A stretch of DNA of 64,000 nt, taken from positions 15,065 through 79,064 of the forward strand of contig CAXXVY010000007.1 of assembly GCA_963675465.2 (NCBI GenBank), written 5' to 3'. The position numbers and the translations under genes are program-made. Each line of letters begins with the position of its first letter. Position 1 is the stretch's first letter. Positions 29,628-39,969 of the stretch are shown one piece after another. Below the pieces are notes generated by a model. That model was given only the letters and a program-made list of their open reading frames with translations, had not been told where the DNA came from and ran no database searches. The stretch comes from Rhodospirillales bacterium. GTDB taxonomy: Bacteria; Pseudomonadota; Alphaproteobacteria; Rhodospirillales; Shumkoniaceae.

Positions 29628-31073
29628 GTGAGCGATAAGACGTCGGGCGACGACGGCAAGGGGCAGGGCGGCAAGGGGCAGGGCGGCGGCGCCAGCGCCA
29701 TTTGGGGCGGCCGGTTCGCGGCCGGGCCATCGGCCGTGATGAACGCCATCAACGTGTCGATCGGATTCGATAAGCGCCTGTACCGTCAGGACATCGCCGG
29801 TTCGCGCGCCCATTGCCGCATGTTGGCGGCGCGGAAGATCATCGACGGCGATGCCGCGGAGAAGATCCTGTCGGGCCTGGACGCGGCCGAAGCCGAAATC
29901 GATGCCGGGACCTTTCCGTTCCGCGACGCCTACGAAGACATCCACATGAACGTGGAAGCACGGCTGGGCGAACTGATCGGCGATGCCGCCGGCCGGCTGC
30001 ACACCGCGCGTTCGCGCAACGACCAGGTGGCCACCGATTTTCGCCTGTGGGTACGCGACGCCATCGACGCCATGCGCGGAGCCGTCCAGGAACTGCAGGC
30101 AGTGCTGATCGATCGGGCCGAGGAACACGCCGACGCGGTCATGCCCGGATTCACGCATCTGCAATCGGCGCAGCCGGTGACGCTGGGCCATCACCTTCTC
30201 GCCTACGTGGAGATGCTGGGTCGCGACAGGGGCCGTCTGACGGACGCGCGGACGCGGCTGAACGAATGCCCGCTGGGTTCGGCGGCGCTGGCGGGAACCT
30301 CGTTCCCGATCAGCCGCGAACGCACGGCGCGGGACCTGGGCTTCGACCGGCCGTGCGCCAATTCCATTGACGGGGTTTCCGATCGGGATTTCGCGATGGA
30401 ATACCTGGCGGCGCTGTCGATCCTGTCGGTCCATCTGTCGCGGCTGGGCGAGGAAATCGTCCTGTGGTGCTCGGACCAGTTCGGCTTCCTGCGGTTGTCC
30501 GACGATTTTTCGACCGGCAGTTCGATCATGCCCCAGAAGCGCAATCCAGACGCCGCCGAACTGGTGCGGGCCAAGGCCGGACGGGTCATCGGCGATCTCA
30601 ACGCCCTGCTGGTGGTGATGAAGGGACTGCCGCTGACCTACGGCAAGGACATGCAGGACGACAAGGAGCCGGTGTTCGAGGCGACGGACACCGTCCACCT
30701 GTGCATCGCCGCCTGCGCCGGGATGCTGCGGTCGGGCACCTTCAACACGAAGCGCATGCTCGCCGATTCGTCGAAGGGGTTCACCACCGCCACCGATCTG
30801 GCCGACTGGCTGGTGCGGTCGCTGGGGATGCCGTTCCGCGAGGCGCACCACGTGACCGGGCGGATCGTCAAGATGGCGGAGTCGCGGGGCTGCGGTCTGG
30901 AAGACCTGTCTCTCGAAGACGTGAAGGGCGAAGATCCGCGCATCACGGAAGACGTGTTCGCGGTACTGGGCGTGCGGAACTCGGTTCGCAGCCGCACCAG
31001 CGCGGGCGGTACCGCGCCCGACAATGTTCGTGCCGCCATCTTGGAGGCGCGGCGTCGTTTTCTTACATATTAG
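29628..31073 (+). CDS. argH: Argininosuccinate lyase with a Gly/Lys-rich N-terminal extension
   Basis: GTG 29628 is preceded by GAAGGAG. The conserved WGGRF must be included, and no other start codon lies between them. Has the fumarate-lyase signature [12 protein letters not shown]. Confidence 0.9.
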   Translation: MSDKTSGDDGKGQGGKGQGGGASAIWGGRFAAGPSAVMNAINVSIGFDKRLYRQDIAGSRAHCRMLAARKIIDGDAAEKILSGLDAAEAEIDAGTFPFRDAYEDIHMNVEARLGELIGDAAGRLHTARSRNDQVATDFRLWVRDAIDAMRGAVQELQAVLIDRAEEHADAVMPGFTHLQSAQPVTLGHHLLAYVEMLGRDRGRLTDARTRLNECPLGSAALAGTSFPISRERTARDLGFDRPCANSIDGVSDRDFAMEYLAALSILSVHLSRLGEEIVLWCSDQFGFLRLSDDFSTGSSIMPQKRNPDAAELVRAKAGRVIGDLNALLVVMKGLPLTYGKDMQDDKEPVFEATDTVHLCIAACAGMLRSGTFNTKRMLADSSKGFTTATDLADWLVRSLGMPFREAHHVTGRIVKMAESRGCGLEDLSLEDVKGEDPRITEDVFAVLGVRNSVRSRTSAGGTAPDNVRAAILEARRRFLTY

Positions 31074-31097
31074 AACGGTTCGAAAGGAACATCGGCG

Positions 31098-31232
31098 ATG
31101 ATCCGAAGACTGGGCATCCTGGTCATGGTCCTGGTGCTGGCGAGCGTGGCCGGCGCCTGTGGGCGGCAAGGCGATCCGGAACATCCGGAAGGATCGCAAT
31201 ATCCGCGCCATTATCCCGCGCGTACATCCTGA
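31098..31232 (+). CDS. 44-aa lipoprotein between argH and lysA (LptM/YifL-like position)
   Basis: Below the ORF-track size cut-off. Manual translation gives MIRRLGILVMVLVLASVAGACGRQGDPEHPEGSQYPRHYPARTS, with lipobox VAGAC. Confidence 0.6.
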   Translation: MIRRLGILVMVLVLASVAGACGRQGDPEHPEGSQYPRHYPARTS

Positions 31233-31260
31233 CGACGGGGCCGGAAACCAGGGGGCATCG

Positions 31261-32532
31261 ATGGATCATTTCGCGTATCGGGGCGGGCGGCTGCATGCCG
31301 AGGACGTCGCCGTTGAAACCATTGCCAGGGAGGTCGGTACGCCCTGCTACATCTATTCCTCGGCCACGTTGAAGCGGCACTTCTCGGTGTTCGCCGAATC
31401 GGTGGCGGGTCTGGACGCGCTGATCTGTTTCGCGGTCAAGGCGAACGGCAATCTCGCGGTCCTGCGGACCCTGGCGGGGATGGGCGCGGGCGCCGATGTG
31501 GTGTCGGGCGGCGAAATGCGGCGCGCCCTGGCGGCGGGCATTCCGGCCTCGCGGATCGTGTTTTCCGGCGTCGGCAAGACCCCGGCGGAAATGGCCGAGG
31601 CGCTGAAGGCCGGGGTGTACCAGATCAACGTCGAATCGGAATCCGAACTCGACCGTCTGTCCGGCGTGGCGGAGTCTCTGGGTGTCGAGGCGCCGGTAGC
31701 CTTCCGCGTCAACCCGGACGTGGACGCCCACACCCACGCCAAGATCACCACCGGCCGCAGCGAAAACAAGTTCGGCATCGACATGGGCCGGATCCGGCAG
31801 GTGATTTCGGGCGCCGGGTCGATGCCGGGAATCCGGGTGGTCGGACTGGCCATGCACATCGGGTCGCAGTTGCTGGACCTGGAACCCTTCCGCGAGGCGT
31901 TCGTCAAGGTCCGCGCCCTGTTCGAGGGTCTGCGCGACGCCGGCCACGACCTGGACCGGTTCGATGTCGGCGGCGGCCTGGGCATTCCCTACGCCGACAT
32001 GCCGACGCCGCAGCCTGCCGAATACGGCGCGGTGGTGCGCGAGGCGCTGGCGGGCCTGGAGTGCCGCGTCATCCTGGAGCCGGGCCGCGTGATCGTCGGC
32101 AACGCCGGGATCCTGGTGTCCGAGGTCCTGTACGCCAAGCAGGGCGCGACCCGGAAATTCCTGATCGTCGACGCGGCGATGAACGATTTGATGCGCCCCG
32201 CCCTTTACGATGCCGCCCACATGATCGTGCCGGTGATCGAACCGTCGGACGACGCGCCCCGCTTGCCGATCGACGTGGTCGGTCCAATATGCGAAACCGG
32301 AGACACCTTCGCCGTGCAGCGGCCGTTGCCGCCGATGAACGAGGGCGAACTGCTGGCCTTCCGTTCGGCGGGAGCCTACGGCGCCGCGATGTCCTCCATG
32401 TACAATGCCCGCCCCCTGGTCCCCGAGGTCCTGGTCCAGGATGGCGATTACGCCGTGGTGCGCGAACGCATCACCGTCGATGACCTGCTTTCGAAGGAAA
32501 GGGTCCCGCCATGGTTGGAGGTCCCCGCCTGA
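31261..32532 (+). CDS. lysA: Diaminopimelate decarboxylase
   Basis: Start at MDHFAYRGGRLHAEDV. Contains the PLP-binding region FAVKANGN, GGGLGIPY, and a CETGD-type C-terminus. Confidence 0.9.
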   Translation: MDHFAYRGGRLHAEDVAVETIAREVGTPCYIYSSATLKRHFSVFAESVAGLDALICFAVKANGNLAVLRTLAGMGAGADVVSGGEMRRALAAGIPASRIVFSGVGKTPAEMAEALKAGVYQINVESESELDRLSGVAESLGVEAPVAFRVNPDVDAHTHAKITTGRSENKFGIDMGRIRQVISGAGSMPGIRVVGLAMHIGSQLLDLEPFREAFVKVRALFEGLRDAGHDLDRFDVGGGLGIPYADMPTPQPAEYGAVVREALAGLECRVILEPGRVIVGNAGILVSEVLYAKQGATRKFLIVDAAMNDLMRPALYDAAHMIVPVIEPSDDAPRLPIDVVGPICETGDTFAVQRPLPPMNEGELLAFRSAGAYGAAMSSMYNARPLVPEVLVQDGDYAVVRERITVDDLLSKERVPPWLEVPA

Positions 32533-35003
32533 CCGAACCGAGAGGGGGGGAACCTTTCCGCCCGACCTTGCGGGCGGTCGTCCGGCGTGCCGTCCTGCTT
32601 CGTTTGTCGCGGATTGCCGTTTTCGCCGAAGACGCGTGGCCGGGTTTCTGGCCGCCGGCGGCCATCGTCATGGCCTTCCTGGGGTTCGCCTTGCTGGACC
32701 CGGCGCGCTTTCTGACGCCGTGGCTGCAACTGATGGTACTTGCGGCCTTCGCGGTCGCCCTCGCGGTGACCGGGTTCCGTGCCTTCCGGCGGTTGCGCCT
32801 GCCCAGCCGCATCGATGCCGAACGGCGGCTGGAAAGGGATGGTGGGCTGGCCCACCGCCCGCTCAGCGCCGTGAAGGACTCCTTGAAACAGGGGTTCGGC
32901 GATACCGTCGCCGAGGATCTGTGGCGCATTCATCAGATGCGCGCCCGCGCCGCCGCCTGGGGCATTGCCTTGCGGCCGCCGCGCCTGGGCCTGTCGCGGA
33001 TCGATCCCCGCGGCCTGCGTACCGTGGTCGTGATGCTGTTCGCGATCGGGCTTGCCGATGGCTGGCGGGATGCGGACGGACGCCTGATGCGGACCCTGAT
33101 GCCGCCGATCGACGCCGAGGCCGCGGTACCGCCGCGGGTCGAAGCCTGGCTGACGCCGCCCCGTTATACGGGCTATCCGCCGATCTTCCTGGAAGCCGGG
33201 GCCGAGCCCGCCGCTAACGCGATCGAGGTCGTCGAGGGCACGAAAGTCTTTGCGCGCGTTCTTGGCCGCGTCGTCAAACCGATGCTGGATACCGGCGCCA
33301 CCACGACGCCGTTCGCCATGCTCGGCGGCGACAAGACGACCCACCAGATCGAGGCGACCCTGACCGCGGGACCGGAGATCCGGATCCTGGACGGCGGCCG
33401 GGTACTCGGAGAGTGGCCGATCATCGTCCGGCCCGACCGGGCGCCGGAAATTGCGCTGGCCGAAGATCCGTCGGGCGATCCGCGCGGACGGTTGATCCTG
33501 TCCTATCGCGTATCCGACGATTTCGGTATCGCCGAGGCCTCGGCCGTGATCCAACGCCGAGGCAGCGGCGACGAAGCCATCCGCTTCCGCCTTTCGGCGC
33601 CCCTGGCGCGCGGCGACGATCCGGTGCGCGCCGTTCGCGACCTGACCCGTCACTACTGGGCCGGAACGCCGGTGCAACTGGTGCTGGAGGCGACAGACAC
33701 CAAGGGTCAGACGACCCGCACCGAACCGCGGGACATGATTCTGCCCGAACGGCCGTTCCGCCACCCGGTCGCGCGCGAAATCATCGCCGCGCGCAAGGAA
33801 CTGGTGGATCCGAATCCGGTCACCAAAGGGCGGGCCGGGGTTTTGTTGGGCATCATCCAGGGCCGCCCCGAACGGTTCGACAACGACATCGTGGTGTTCC
33901 TGGCGTTACGCTCGGCGCAGGGGCGGCTGCGTTTCACCAAGGATGCCGAAGCCGTCGCTTCCGTGCGGGATCTGTTGTGGGATACCGCGCTCCGGGTCGA
34001 GGAGGGCAACCGCGCCGTTGCCGAACGCGACCTGCAACGGGCCGAGGAAGCCCTCGAACAGGCGCTGGAGGAAGGCGCGTCGAGCGAGGAAATCGAGCGT
34101 CTGACCCAGGAACTGCGCGAGGCGATGAACCGCTTCATGGAAGCGATGATGCGCCAGATGGCCGAAATGGGCCTGCAGCCGATGCCCATGGACCCCTCCA
34201 TGGAAATGAACAACATGCAGGACCTGGAGCAGATGCTGCGCGATCTGCAGGAAGCCGCGACCACCGGCGCCCGCGACGCCGCGCGCGAGATGCTGTCGCA
34301 ACTGCGCCAGATGCTCGAATCCCTGCGCAACGCGCAGCCGATGCAGGCCGACGCGGAGCAGTTCAAGAAGGCGCAGGAAATGATGCAGGCGCTGCGCGAC
34401 CTGATCAAGCGGCAGCAGCAACTGGCCGATCAGACCTTCCGCGAACGCCAGCGCCAGCAACAAGGGGCGGAGAGGGGCGAGATGCCCGACGAGGATGCCC
34501 TGAAACGGCTGCGCGAATTGATGGAGCAGCAGGAAGCGCTACGTCAGAAGCTGGGCGAAATGATGATCCAGGCCGACGAACTGACCGGTCAGGTGCCGGA
34601 GAACTTCGGGCGTGGCGAACGGGCGATGAAGGAGGCCGGCGAAGCTCTTGGTGCCGGTGACGCGCAAGGCGCCGGGCAGGCCCAGGCGGAGGCCCTGCGC
34701 GAATTGCAGCAGGGCATGCAGGGCATGGCGCAGTCGTTGTCGCAGCAGATGGGGCGGATGGGCTTCGGCCTGATGCCCGGCAACATGCGCGGCGGCGGTA
34801 TGCGGCGCGGCATGGATCCGTTCGGCCGCAATCCGCGCAACGAGGACGGCCGGGGCACCGCCGGCGGCGAGGTGGAAATCCCGGACCGCGACCAGACCCG
34901 CCGCGCCCGTGAAATCCTGGAGGACCTGCGCGGCCGCGCCAACGACCCCCGTCGCCCCGAGCCGGAACGCGATTATATCCGGCGGTTGTTGGACTTCTAT
35001 TAG
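32511..35003 (+). CDS. TIGR02302/DUF4175-family membrane protein (830 aa, coiled-coil, Met/Gln-rich)
   Basis: N-terminal TM segments, a long coiled-coil, and a C-terminal ...RDYIRRLLDFY. Its position after lysA is typical in alphaproteobacteria. Confidence 0.65.
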   Translation: MVGGPRLTEPRGGEPFRPTLRAVVRRAVLLRLSRIAVFAEDAWPGFWPPAAIVMAFLGFALLDPARFLTPWLQLMVLAAFAVALAVTGFRAFRRLRLPSRIDAERRLERDGGLAHRPLSAVKDSLKQGFGDTVAEDLWRIHQMRARAAAWGIALRPPRLGLSRIDPRGLRTVVVMLFAIGLADGWRDADGRLMRTLMPPIDAEAAVPPRVEAWLTPPRYTGYPPIFLEAGAEPAANAIEVVEGTKVFARVLGRVVKPMLDTGATTTPFAMLGGDKTTHQIEATLTAGPEIRILDGGRVLGEWPIIVRPDRAPEIALAEDPSGDPRGRLILSYRVSDDFGIAEASAVIQRRGSGDEAIRFRLSAPLARGDDPVRAVRDLTRHYWAGTPVQLVLEATDTKGQTTRTEPRDMILPERPFRHPVAREIIAARKELVDPNPVTKGRAGVLLGIIQGRPERFDNDIVVFLALRSAQGRLRFTKDAEAVASVRDLLWDTALRVEEGNRAVAERDLQRAEEALEQALEEGASSEEIERLTQELREAMNRFMEAMMRQMAEMGLQPMPMDPSMEMNNMQDLEQMLRDLQEAATTGARDAAREMLSQLRQMLESLRNAQPMQADAEQFKKAQEMMQALRDLIKRQQQLADQTFRERQRQQQGAERGEMPDEDALKRLRELMEQQEALRQKLGEMMIQADELTGQVPENFGRGERAMKEAGEALGAGDAQGAGQAQAEALRELQQGMQGMAQSLSQQMGRMGFGLMPGNMRGGGMRRGMDPFGRNPRNEDGRGTAGGEVEIPDRDQTRRAREILEDLRGRANDPRRPEPERDYIRRLLDFY

Positions 35004-35015
35004 GGGAAAGACGAT

Positions 35016-35042
35016 CTTCGGCCGTCCATCGGACGGCCGAAG
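35016..35042. terminator. Strong hairpin (12-bp stem) between convergent genes
   Basis: CTTCGGCCGTCC-atc-GGACGGCCGAAG, 13 nt after the stop at 35003. There is no clean U-tract. Confidence 0.45.
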
Positions 35043-35105
35043 TGTCGTTCAGAGCAACCCGGCGCGCCGACGGTCAACCGTTCCGAAGGCGCGGGGTAAT
35101 CTCCG

Positions 35106-35456
35106 CTATTTCGCAGCGAGGATCAGGCGGACGCATTCGCGTGCGACGTCGGAATCCGAAGGCTTCTCGGCGCCGGGCATCGTCGACCATCCCTGATCCT
35201 GGACGAATTGGTACTGTTTCCAACTGTCCACGCCCTTGAGTTCGGTCAATTTCTGGCCGTTTTCGGGGTTGGCTTCGAACTGGGCGACGCAGATGGGGGC
35301 GAGGCTGTCGACCATCGCCTTGGCGGCGGAGGCGCGCGCTTCGGTACCGGCGGCGGACGCCGTGATCATCCAACCGGTCATCGACAACACAATGAGCGTG
35401 GCTACGATGCCGAAACCTGCGCCCGTTGCCAGGGTTTTAATCTTTTCCATGTTCAT
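35106..35456 (-). CDS. Small membrane-anchored hypothetical protein (116 aa)
   Basis: The internal start MNMEKIKTLATGAGFGIVATLIVLSMTGWMI gives one TM segment. Confidence 0.5.
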   Translation of the reverse strand: MNMEKIKTLATGAGFGIVATLIVLSMTGWMITASAAGTEARASAAKAMVDSLAPICVAQFEANPENGQKLTELKGVDSWKQYQFVQDQGWSTMPGAEKPSDSDVARECVRLILAAK

Positions 35457-35964
35457 GGTCTCTCCGATCCCGGCCGAAGCCGGTGCTGCTGCTTCCGCCG
35501 CGGAATCCCGCCGATCAGGGCCGCAAAAACGCAACGCGCCACACGAAAGGCGCGGAAGCGGCCCGCCGTGCGGTTTCTTCGCAGTGCCGCTTTCGTTGCC
35601 GCTTCGGCTACGACCGTTATGAAAGCAGGACCCGGCGCTGGATTTTAAAAATATTCATTCAATGCGCGCCATCGAAAAGAATGTTGAAATAATTATATAC
35701 GATTATTAAAAAATAACAATAAAATTATTTAAATCATGATTTATTTGAATCATTTCCATCGGTTTAACTATTGTTTGTTGCAATCGGAATGGCATCTGAT
35801 TCTTTCTCGAAACGTAACCGGAATTATTTTTATGGGCAGGGAATAGTATGCCGAAACAATGGCTCTGTGCGTTCCTGCGGCACGAAGTCAGGCGGAAAGA
35901 GGTTATCCAGGTATGTTATTCCGGCATGTGACGGTCGGGACTATCCGGTCCCGTTCGCGCGATG

Positions 35965-36933
35965 TCAGATCACCTTCAGCCGCCGCAGGACCAGCCATTC
36001 GAGCCCGCCGAGTCCCGCGAGCGTGGTGGCGACGATCCAGAACGCCAGCGGGTTTTCGGTCCCCGGAATGCCGCCGACATTGATGCCGAGCAGGCCGGTC
36101 AGAAAGCCGAGCGGCAAAAATAGGGTCGCGACCACCGTCAGCAGGTACATGGTGCGGTTGGCATTCTCGGCGGCCCGGTGGGCGGCGGCGTCGGCCAGAA
36201 TGCCCGCCCGTTCGCGGATCGCTTCGAGATCCTCCAGGTAGCGGGTCACATCGTCGACCAGATGGCGCAGAGCGGTGCGCTCGCGTTCCGACAGCCACGG
36301 TACGTCGACTATGGCCAAGCGCGATAACGCGCTTTGCTGGGGGGCGATGAAGCGCCGCAGGGTCGCGACGACGCGGCGCATTTCCAACAGGTGCGATCGC
36401 TGTTCGCCGTCGGGGCTCGTCGCTTCTTCCATCGCATCGATGCGGTCGTTGAGATCCTCGATCAGGGCTTCCAGCCGCGAACAGAGGCCATCGGCCAATT
36501 GCAGCGCGAAATCGCCGGGCGTGCGCGGTCCGACCTCGTCCGCGTCCGACAATCGGCGGCGGATGTCGTCGGCCGACATCAGCCGGTGCCGGCGAACGGA
36601 TACGATGCGGGTTCCCGCGATCCAGGCGCGAACCGAGATGAGATCTTCCAGTTCGGCGCCGGCATTGAGGTTCACGCCGCGGAGATTGAGCAGAACGCCT
36701 TGCTGGAAGGTTTCGCAGCGTGGCCGGGTGTCGGGGGCGAACAGGGCATCGAGCACGCCGACGGGCATGGTCGGTGCCGCCATTTCCGCCAGTTCCCGGG
36801 AATCCTCGCCATCGATGAACAGGTGCAGCCAAACGATGTCGGACCGGTCGGAATCGGGGATATCGCCCGCCGCATGAATTTCCGTTCCGCCGCCGTTGCC
36901 GTCAAACACCCAACCCGTGATCAATCCCGCCAT
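35965..36933 (-). CDS. zntB: CorA-superfamily divalent-metal transporter, ZntB-like
   Basis: 322 aa. Two C-terminal TM segments with LTGLLGINVGGIPG (GxN signature). Confidence 0.75.
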   Translation of the reverse strand: MAGLITGWVFDGNGGGTEIHAAGDIPDSDRSDIVWLHLFIDGEDSRELAEMAAPTMPVGVLDALFAPDTRPRCETFQQGVLLNLRGVNLNAGAELEDLISVRAWIAGTRIVSVRRHRLMSADDIRRRLSDADEVGPRTPGDFALQLADGLCSRLEALIEDLNDRIDAMEEATSPDGEQRSHLLEMRRVVATLRRFIAPQQSALSRLAIVDVPWLSERERTALRHLVDDVTRYLEDLEAIRERAGILADAAAHRAAENANRTMYLLTVVATLFLPLGFLTGLLGINVGGIPGTENPLAFWIVATTLAGLGGLEWLVLRRLKVI

Positions 36934-37367
36934 CGCCGTTTCTCCACGCCGGTTCGAGGGCGGCCATTCTACCTGTTGTCGCGACTGTGCCGAGCGATCT
37001 TTTATCGGCCCGCCATGGTCGCGACGTCCGCACCTTCGAATGTTTCAATAATAACACGGAGGATCGTCGCGGAATGGCGCATCACTGAAATTCGAGCGAT
37101 TTTTGGTTTCGGATATGAAACAAATATCAACCGTCTGTGTCTTATTACGATGAAGAAAAGCTCATTAATGAAAAAATATATAAGATAGCAAAGCTTTAAC
37201 GCGTTTTTCATAAAATAGTATTCAACCCTTGTTAATTTGTCGTTTTTGAAATACGATGATTTATCGTCGACGCAGAACAAGATCGGGATCACGGATCGAC
37301 CAAAAAGGTCCGGTGGCGGCATGATTGCGGCGTTTCGCGGTGTCCGGCGGGTGACTAACGGGATGTT

Positions 37368-39851
37368 TTGTCGTTGATGTTCGTGCTTGAAATCGCCAAG
37401 GGCGCCGCGCTGATTTTTTCCCTCGCGTATCTTCAGGGACTGCTCGGCCGTCGTGTGGCAAAGGAAAGCCTGAAGGGCCGTGTTCTCTCGGGAACGCTGT
37501 TCGCCCTTGTCGCCATTCTCGGGATGGCCGTGCCTTTGCACCCGGTGCCGGGGGTTGCGATCGACGCGCGTTCGGTCGTGATATGCATGGCCGGTTTCTG
37601 GGGTGGTCCGGTCGTGGTCGCGATTTCCGGATTTGCCTCCGTCGTCTTTCGTCTTTGGTTGGGCGGACCCGGCGTCATGACGGGAACGGGGATCATCGTC
37701 TCGTCGGCCATCGCGGGGCTCGTTTACCGCTACCTTTATCGCCGGGAGATCGTCGGAAACGGGGTCGTTCCCCTGGCGGTGTTCGGGATTGCGGTCCATG
37801 TCTTGAATTTTCCCTGGACCTTGAGTCTTCCCGGCGATATCGCCGTGCAGTTCATGGAGACCGTGTCCCTTCCCATATTCGTGATCTTCACGCCGGCAAC
37901 GCTGGTTCTGGGGCTGCTGCTGAAGGACATCGACAAGCGAAGCGCGGACGAGGCACGGCTGCGCGAAAGCGAACAGAACTACCGGGATCTTACCGACGGG
38001 TCGATCGAGGGCATCGTCATCCATCGCGGCGAAAAGCCGCTGTTCGCCAATCAAGCCGCGGCCCGGATCCTGGGGTACGACAAACCCGACGCCATCCTGT
38101 GCGCCGGTAATTCGCTGGATTTCATGGCGCCGTGCGAACGCGACCGCCTGCGCGGTTACGGCGCGGCCCGCTTGCTCGGAAAACCCGCGCCGGACGTCTA
38201 CGAAGTCCAGGGCTTGCACAAGGACGGATCGATCGTCTGGCTCTTGATGACCGCGCGCGTGATCCAGTGGAAGGCGCAGCCGGCAATTCAGAGCACGTTC
38301 CTGGACATCACGGAACGAAAGGTCGCGGAGGCCGAACTCCAGCGCCAGCGGCGGTTCGTCGGAACCGTTCTCGATTCTCTTTCGGACGGCGTCATCGTCT
38401 GCGACGCAGACGGCGAATTCCGGTTCTTGAACAAGGCGGTACGCGCAACGCATGGAGAAGCGAACAGTCCTCTGTCCAAAAGCAGCCGGGATGCCTGGCG
38501 TCTCCTACGTCAGCCGGACGGCGAATCCCCGGTGATTTACGAGGATTTGCCCCTGGTCCAGGCTCGTCAAGGCCGCGCCGTCCAAAACCGGGAGTATGCG
38601 ATCCAGTTGCCCAACGGCGATCGTCGCGCCGTCCTGGTGAACGCCGCGCCGATGTTGGACGAAGCGGGCAACCCGAATGGGGCGGTCGCGGTGATCCGCG
38701 ACATCTCCGACCGCAAGCAGGCCGAGCGGGCCTTGGCCGAAAGCGAGGAGCGCTACCGGGCACTGGTCGAAGGCGCGATGCAGGGAGTCATCATCCATCG
38801 CGACCACAAACCGCTGTTCGTCAACCGGTTGTGGGCGGAAAGGTACGGCTACACGGTCGACGAAATCCTGGCCTTGGAGTCGGTCCTGCCCCTGATCGCG
38901 CCGCCGGAGCGCGCCGAGGCGGTGCGCAATCGCGAACGCCGCATGTCGGGCGGTTCGGCGCCGGGGCGTTACGAGTTCCGCGGTGTGGCGCGGGACGGGT
39001 CGTGGGTCTGGCTCGAAAACTATTCCCAGATCGTAACCTGGGACGGGGAGCCGGCCATCCTGTCCACGATCATCGATATCGAGGAACGCAAAAGCCAGGA
39101 ACGGGCCCTGACGGAATCCAAGGAGCGGGCCGAGTACGCCAATCGGGCCAAGACCGAATTCCTCGCCAACATGAGCCACGAACTGCGTACGCCGCTCAAT
39201 TCCGTCATCGGATTCGCCGAAGTCCTGGAAGGGGAGTACTTCGGCAGCCTGGGCAGCGCGAAGAACCGGGAATATGTCCGGGATATCAAAAATTCCGGGC
39301 GGTTGCTGCTGCGCCTGATCAACGACATCCTCGATGTCTCGAAGATCGAGGCCGGCGCGGTGGAACTTTCGGAGGAGATCGTCGATCCGGCCGAGATCCA
39401 GCGGTTCTGCATCGCCATGATCCGGGAACGCGCGAACAAGGCCGGGGTCGAACTGGTGTCGGAGCCCCAACCCGGGCTTCCGTTCCTGCGCGCCGATGCG
39501 ACGATGATGAAGCAGATCCTGCTCAATCTTCTGTCCAATGCCGTCAAGTTCACCGCGGGCGGCGGGTCGGTCGAAATTCGCATGGAAATCGACGAAAATG
39601 GCGCGCCTGTTTTGCATGTCATCGACACCGGGATCGGAATATCCCCGGACGATATCGATGCGGTGTTTGAGCCCTTCCGTCAGATCGGTAACGTCATGAC
39701 CCGGCGCAGCGAAGGGACCGGGCTGGGGCTGTCGCTGGTCAAGGCGCTGACGGAACTCCACGGCGGTACGGTATCGATCCGCAGCCAACTTGGCAACGGA
39801 ACGACCGTCACCGTCCGCTTGCCGCAAGAGCGCATCGTGGGACGCCAATAG
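37368..39851 (+). CDS. Sensor histidine kinase: 5TMR-LYT-type membrane domain + three PAS domains + HisKA + HATPase_c
   Basis: 827 aa. The N-terminus resembles the LytS/YhcK 5-TM receptor domain. H-box [24 protein letters not shown], and G-boxes DTGIGI and GTGLGLSLVK. Confidence 0.85.
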   Translation: MSLMFVLEIAKGAALIFSLAYLQGLLGRRVAKESLKGRVLSGTLFALVAILGMAVPLHPVPGVAIDARSVVICMAGFWGGPVVVAISGFASVVFRLWLGGPGVMTGTGIIVSSAIAGLVYRYLYRREIVGNGVVPLAVFGIAVHVLNFPWTLSLPGDIAVQFMETVSLPIFVIFTPATLVLGLLLKDIDKRSADEARLRESEQNYRDLTDGSIEGIVIHRGEKPLFANQAAARILGYDKPDAILCAGNSLDFMAPCERDRLRGYGAARLLGKPAPDVYEVQGLHKDGSIVWLLMTARVIQWKAQPAIQSTFLDITERKVAEAELQRQRRFVGTVLDSLSDGVIVCDADGEFRFLNKAVRATHGEANSPLSKSSRDAWRLLRQPDGESPVIYEDLPLVQARQGRAVQNREYAIQLPNGDRRAVLVNAAPMLDEAGNPNGAVAVIRDISDRKQAERALAESEERYRALVEGAMQGVIIHRDHKPLFVNRLWAERYGYTVDEILALESVLPLIAPPERAEAVRNRERRMSGGSAPGRYEFRGVARDGSWVWLENYSQIVTWDGEPAILSTIIDIEERKSQERALTESKERAEYANRAKTEFLANMSHELRTPLNSVIGFAEVLEGEYFGSLGSAKNREYVRDIKNSGRLLLRLINDILDVSKIEAGAVELSEEIVDPAEIQRFCIAMIRERANKAGVELVSEPQPGLPFLRADATMMKQILLNLLSNAVKFTAGGGSVEIRMEIDENGAPVLHVIDTGIGISPDDIDAVFEPFRQIGNVMTRRSEGTGLGLSLVKALTELHGGTVSIRSQLGNGTTVTVRLPQERIVGRQ

Positions 39852-39969
39852 GTTCCGCCATCGACGCGGGATCTCAATGCGGCGTTGACGAAAGAAACCG
39901 CTCCCTTCACCATGACCCATTGCTCGGCGTCTTCGGGGGCCCGGGCGATTTTTCGGGGGAGAGGATTAC

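Noticed and set aside
35640-35800. The AT-rich island as a replication origin or DNA-unwinding element.
   Set aside because: There is no cluster of DnaA boxes, only single approximate matches such as TTATCCAGG near 35905. No origin-linked genes (dnaA, hemE, parAB) are in the neighbourhood.
37063-37092. Mini-ORF MAHH* with GGAGGA upstream, considered as a possible metal-sensing leader peptide.
   Set aside because: It is four codons long, oriented away from zntB, and has no attenuator structure. It is most likely chance.
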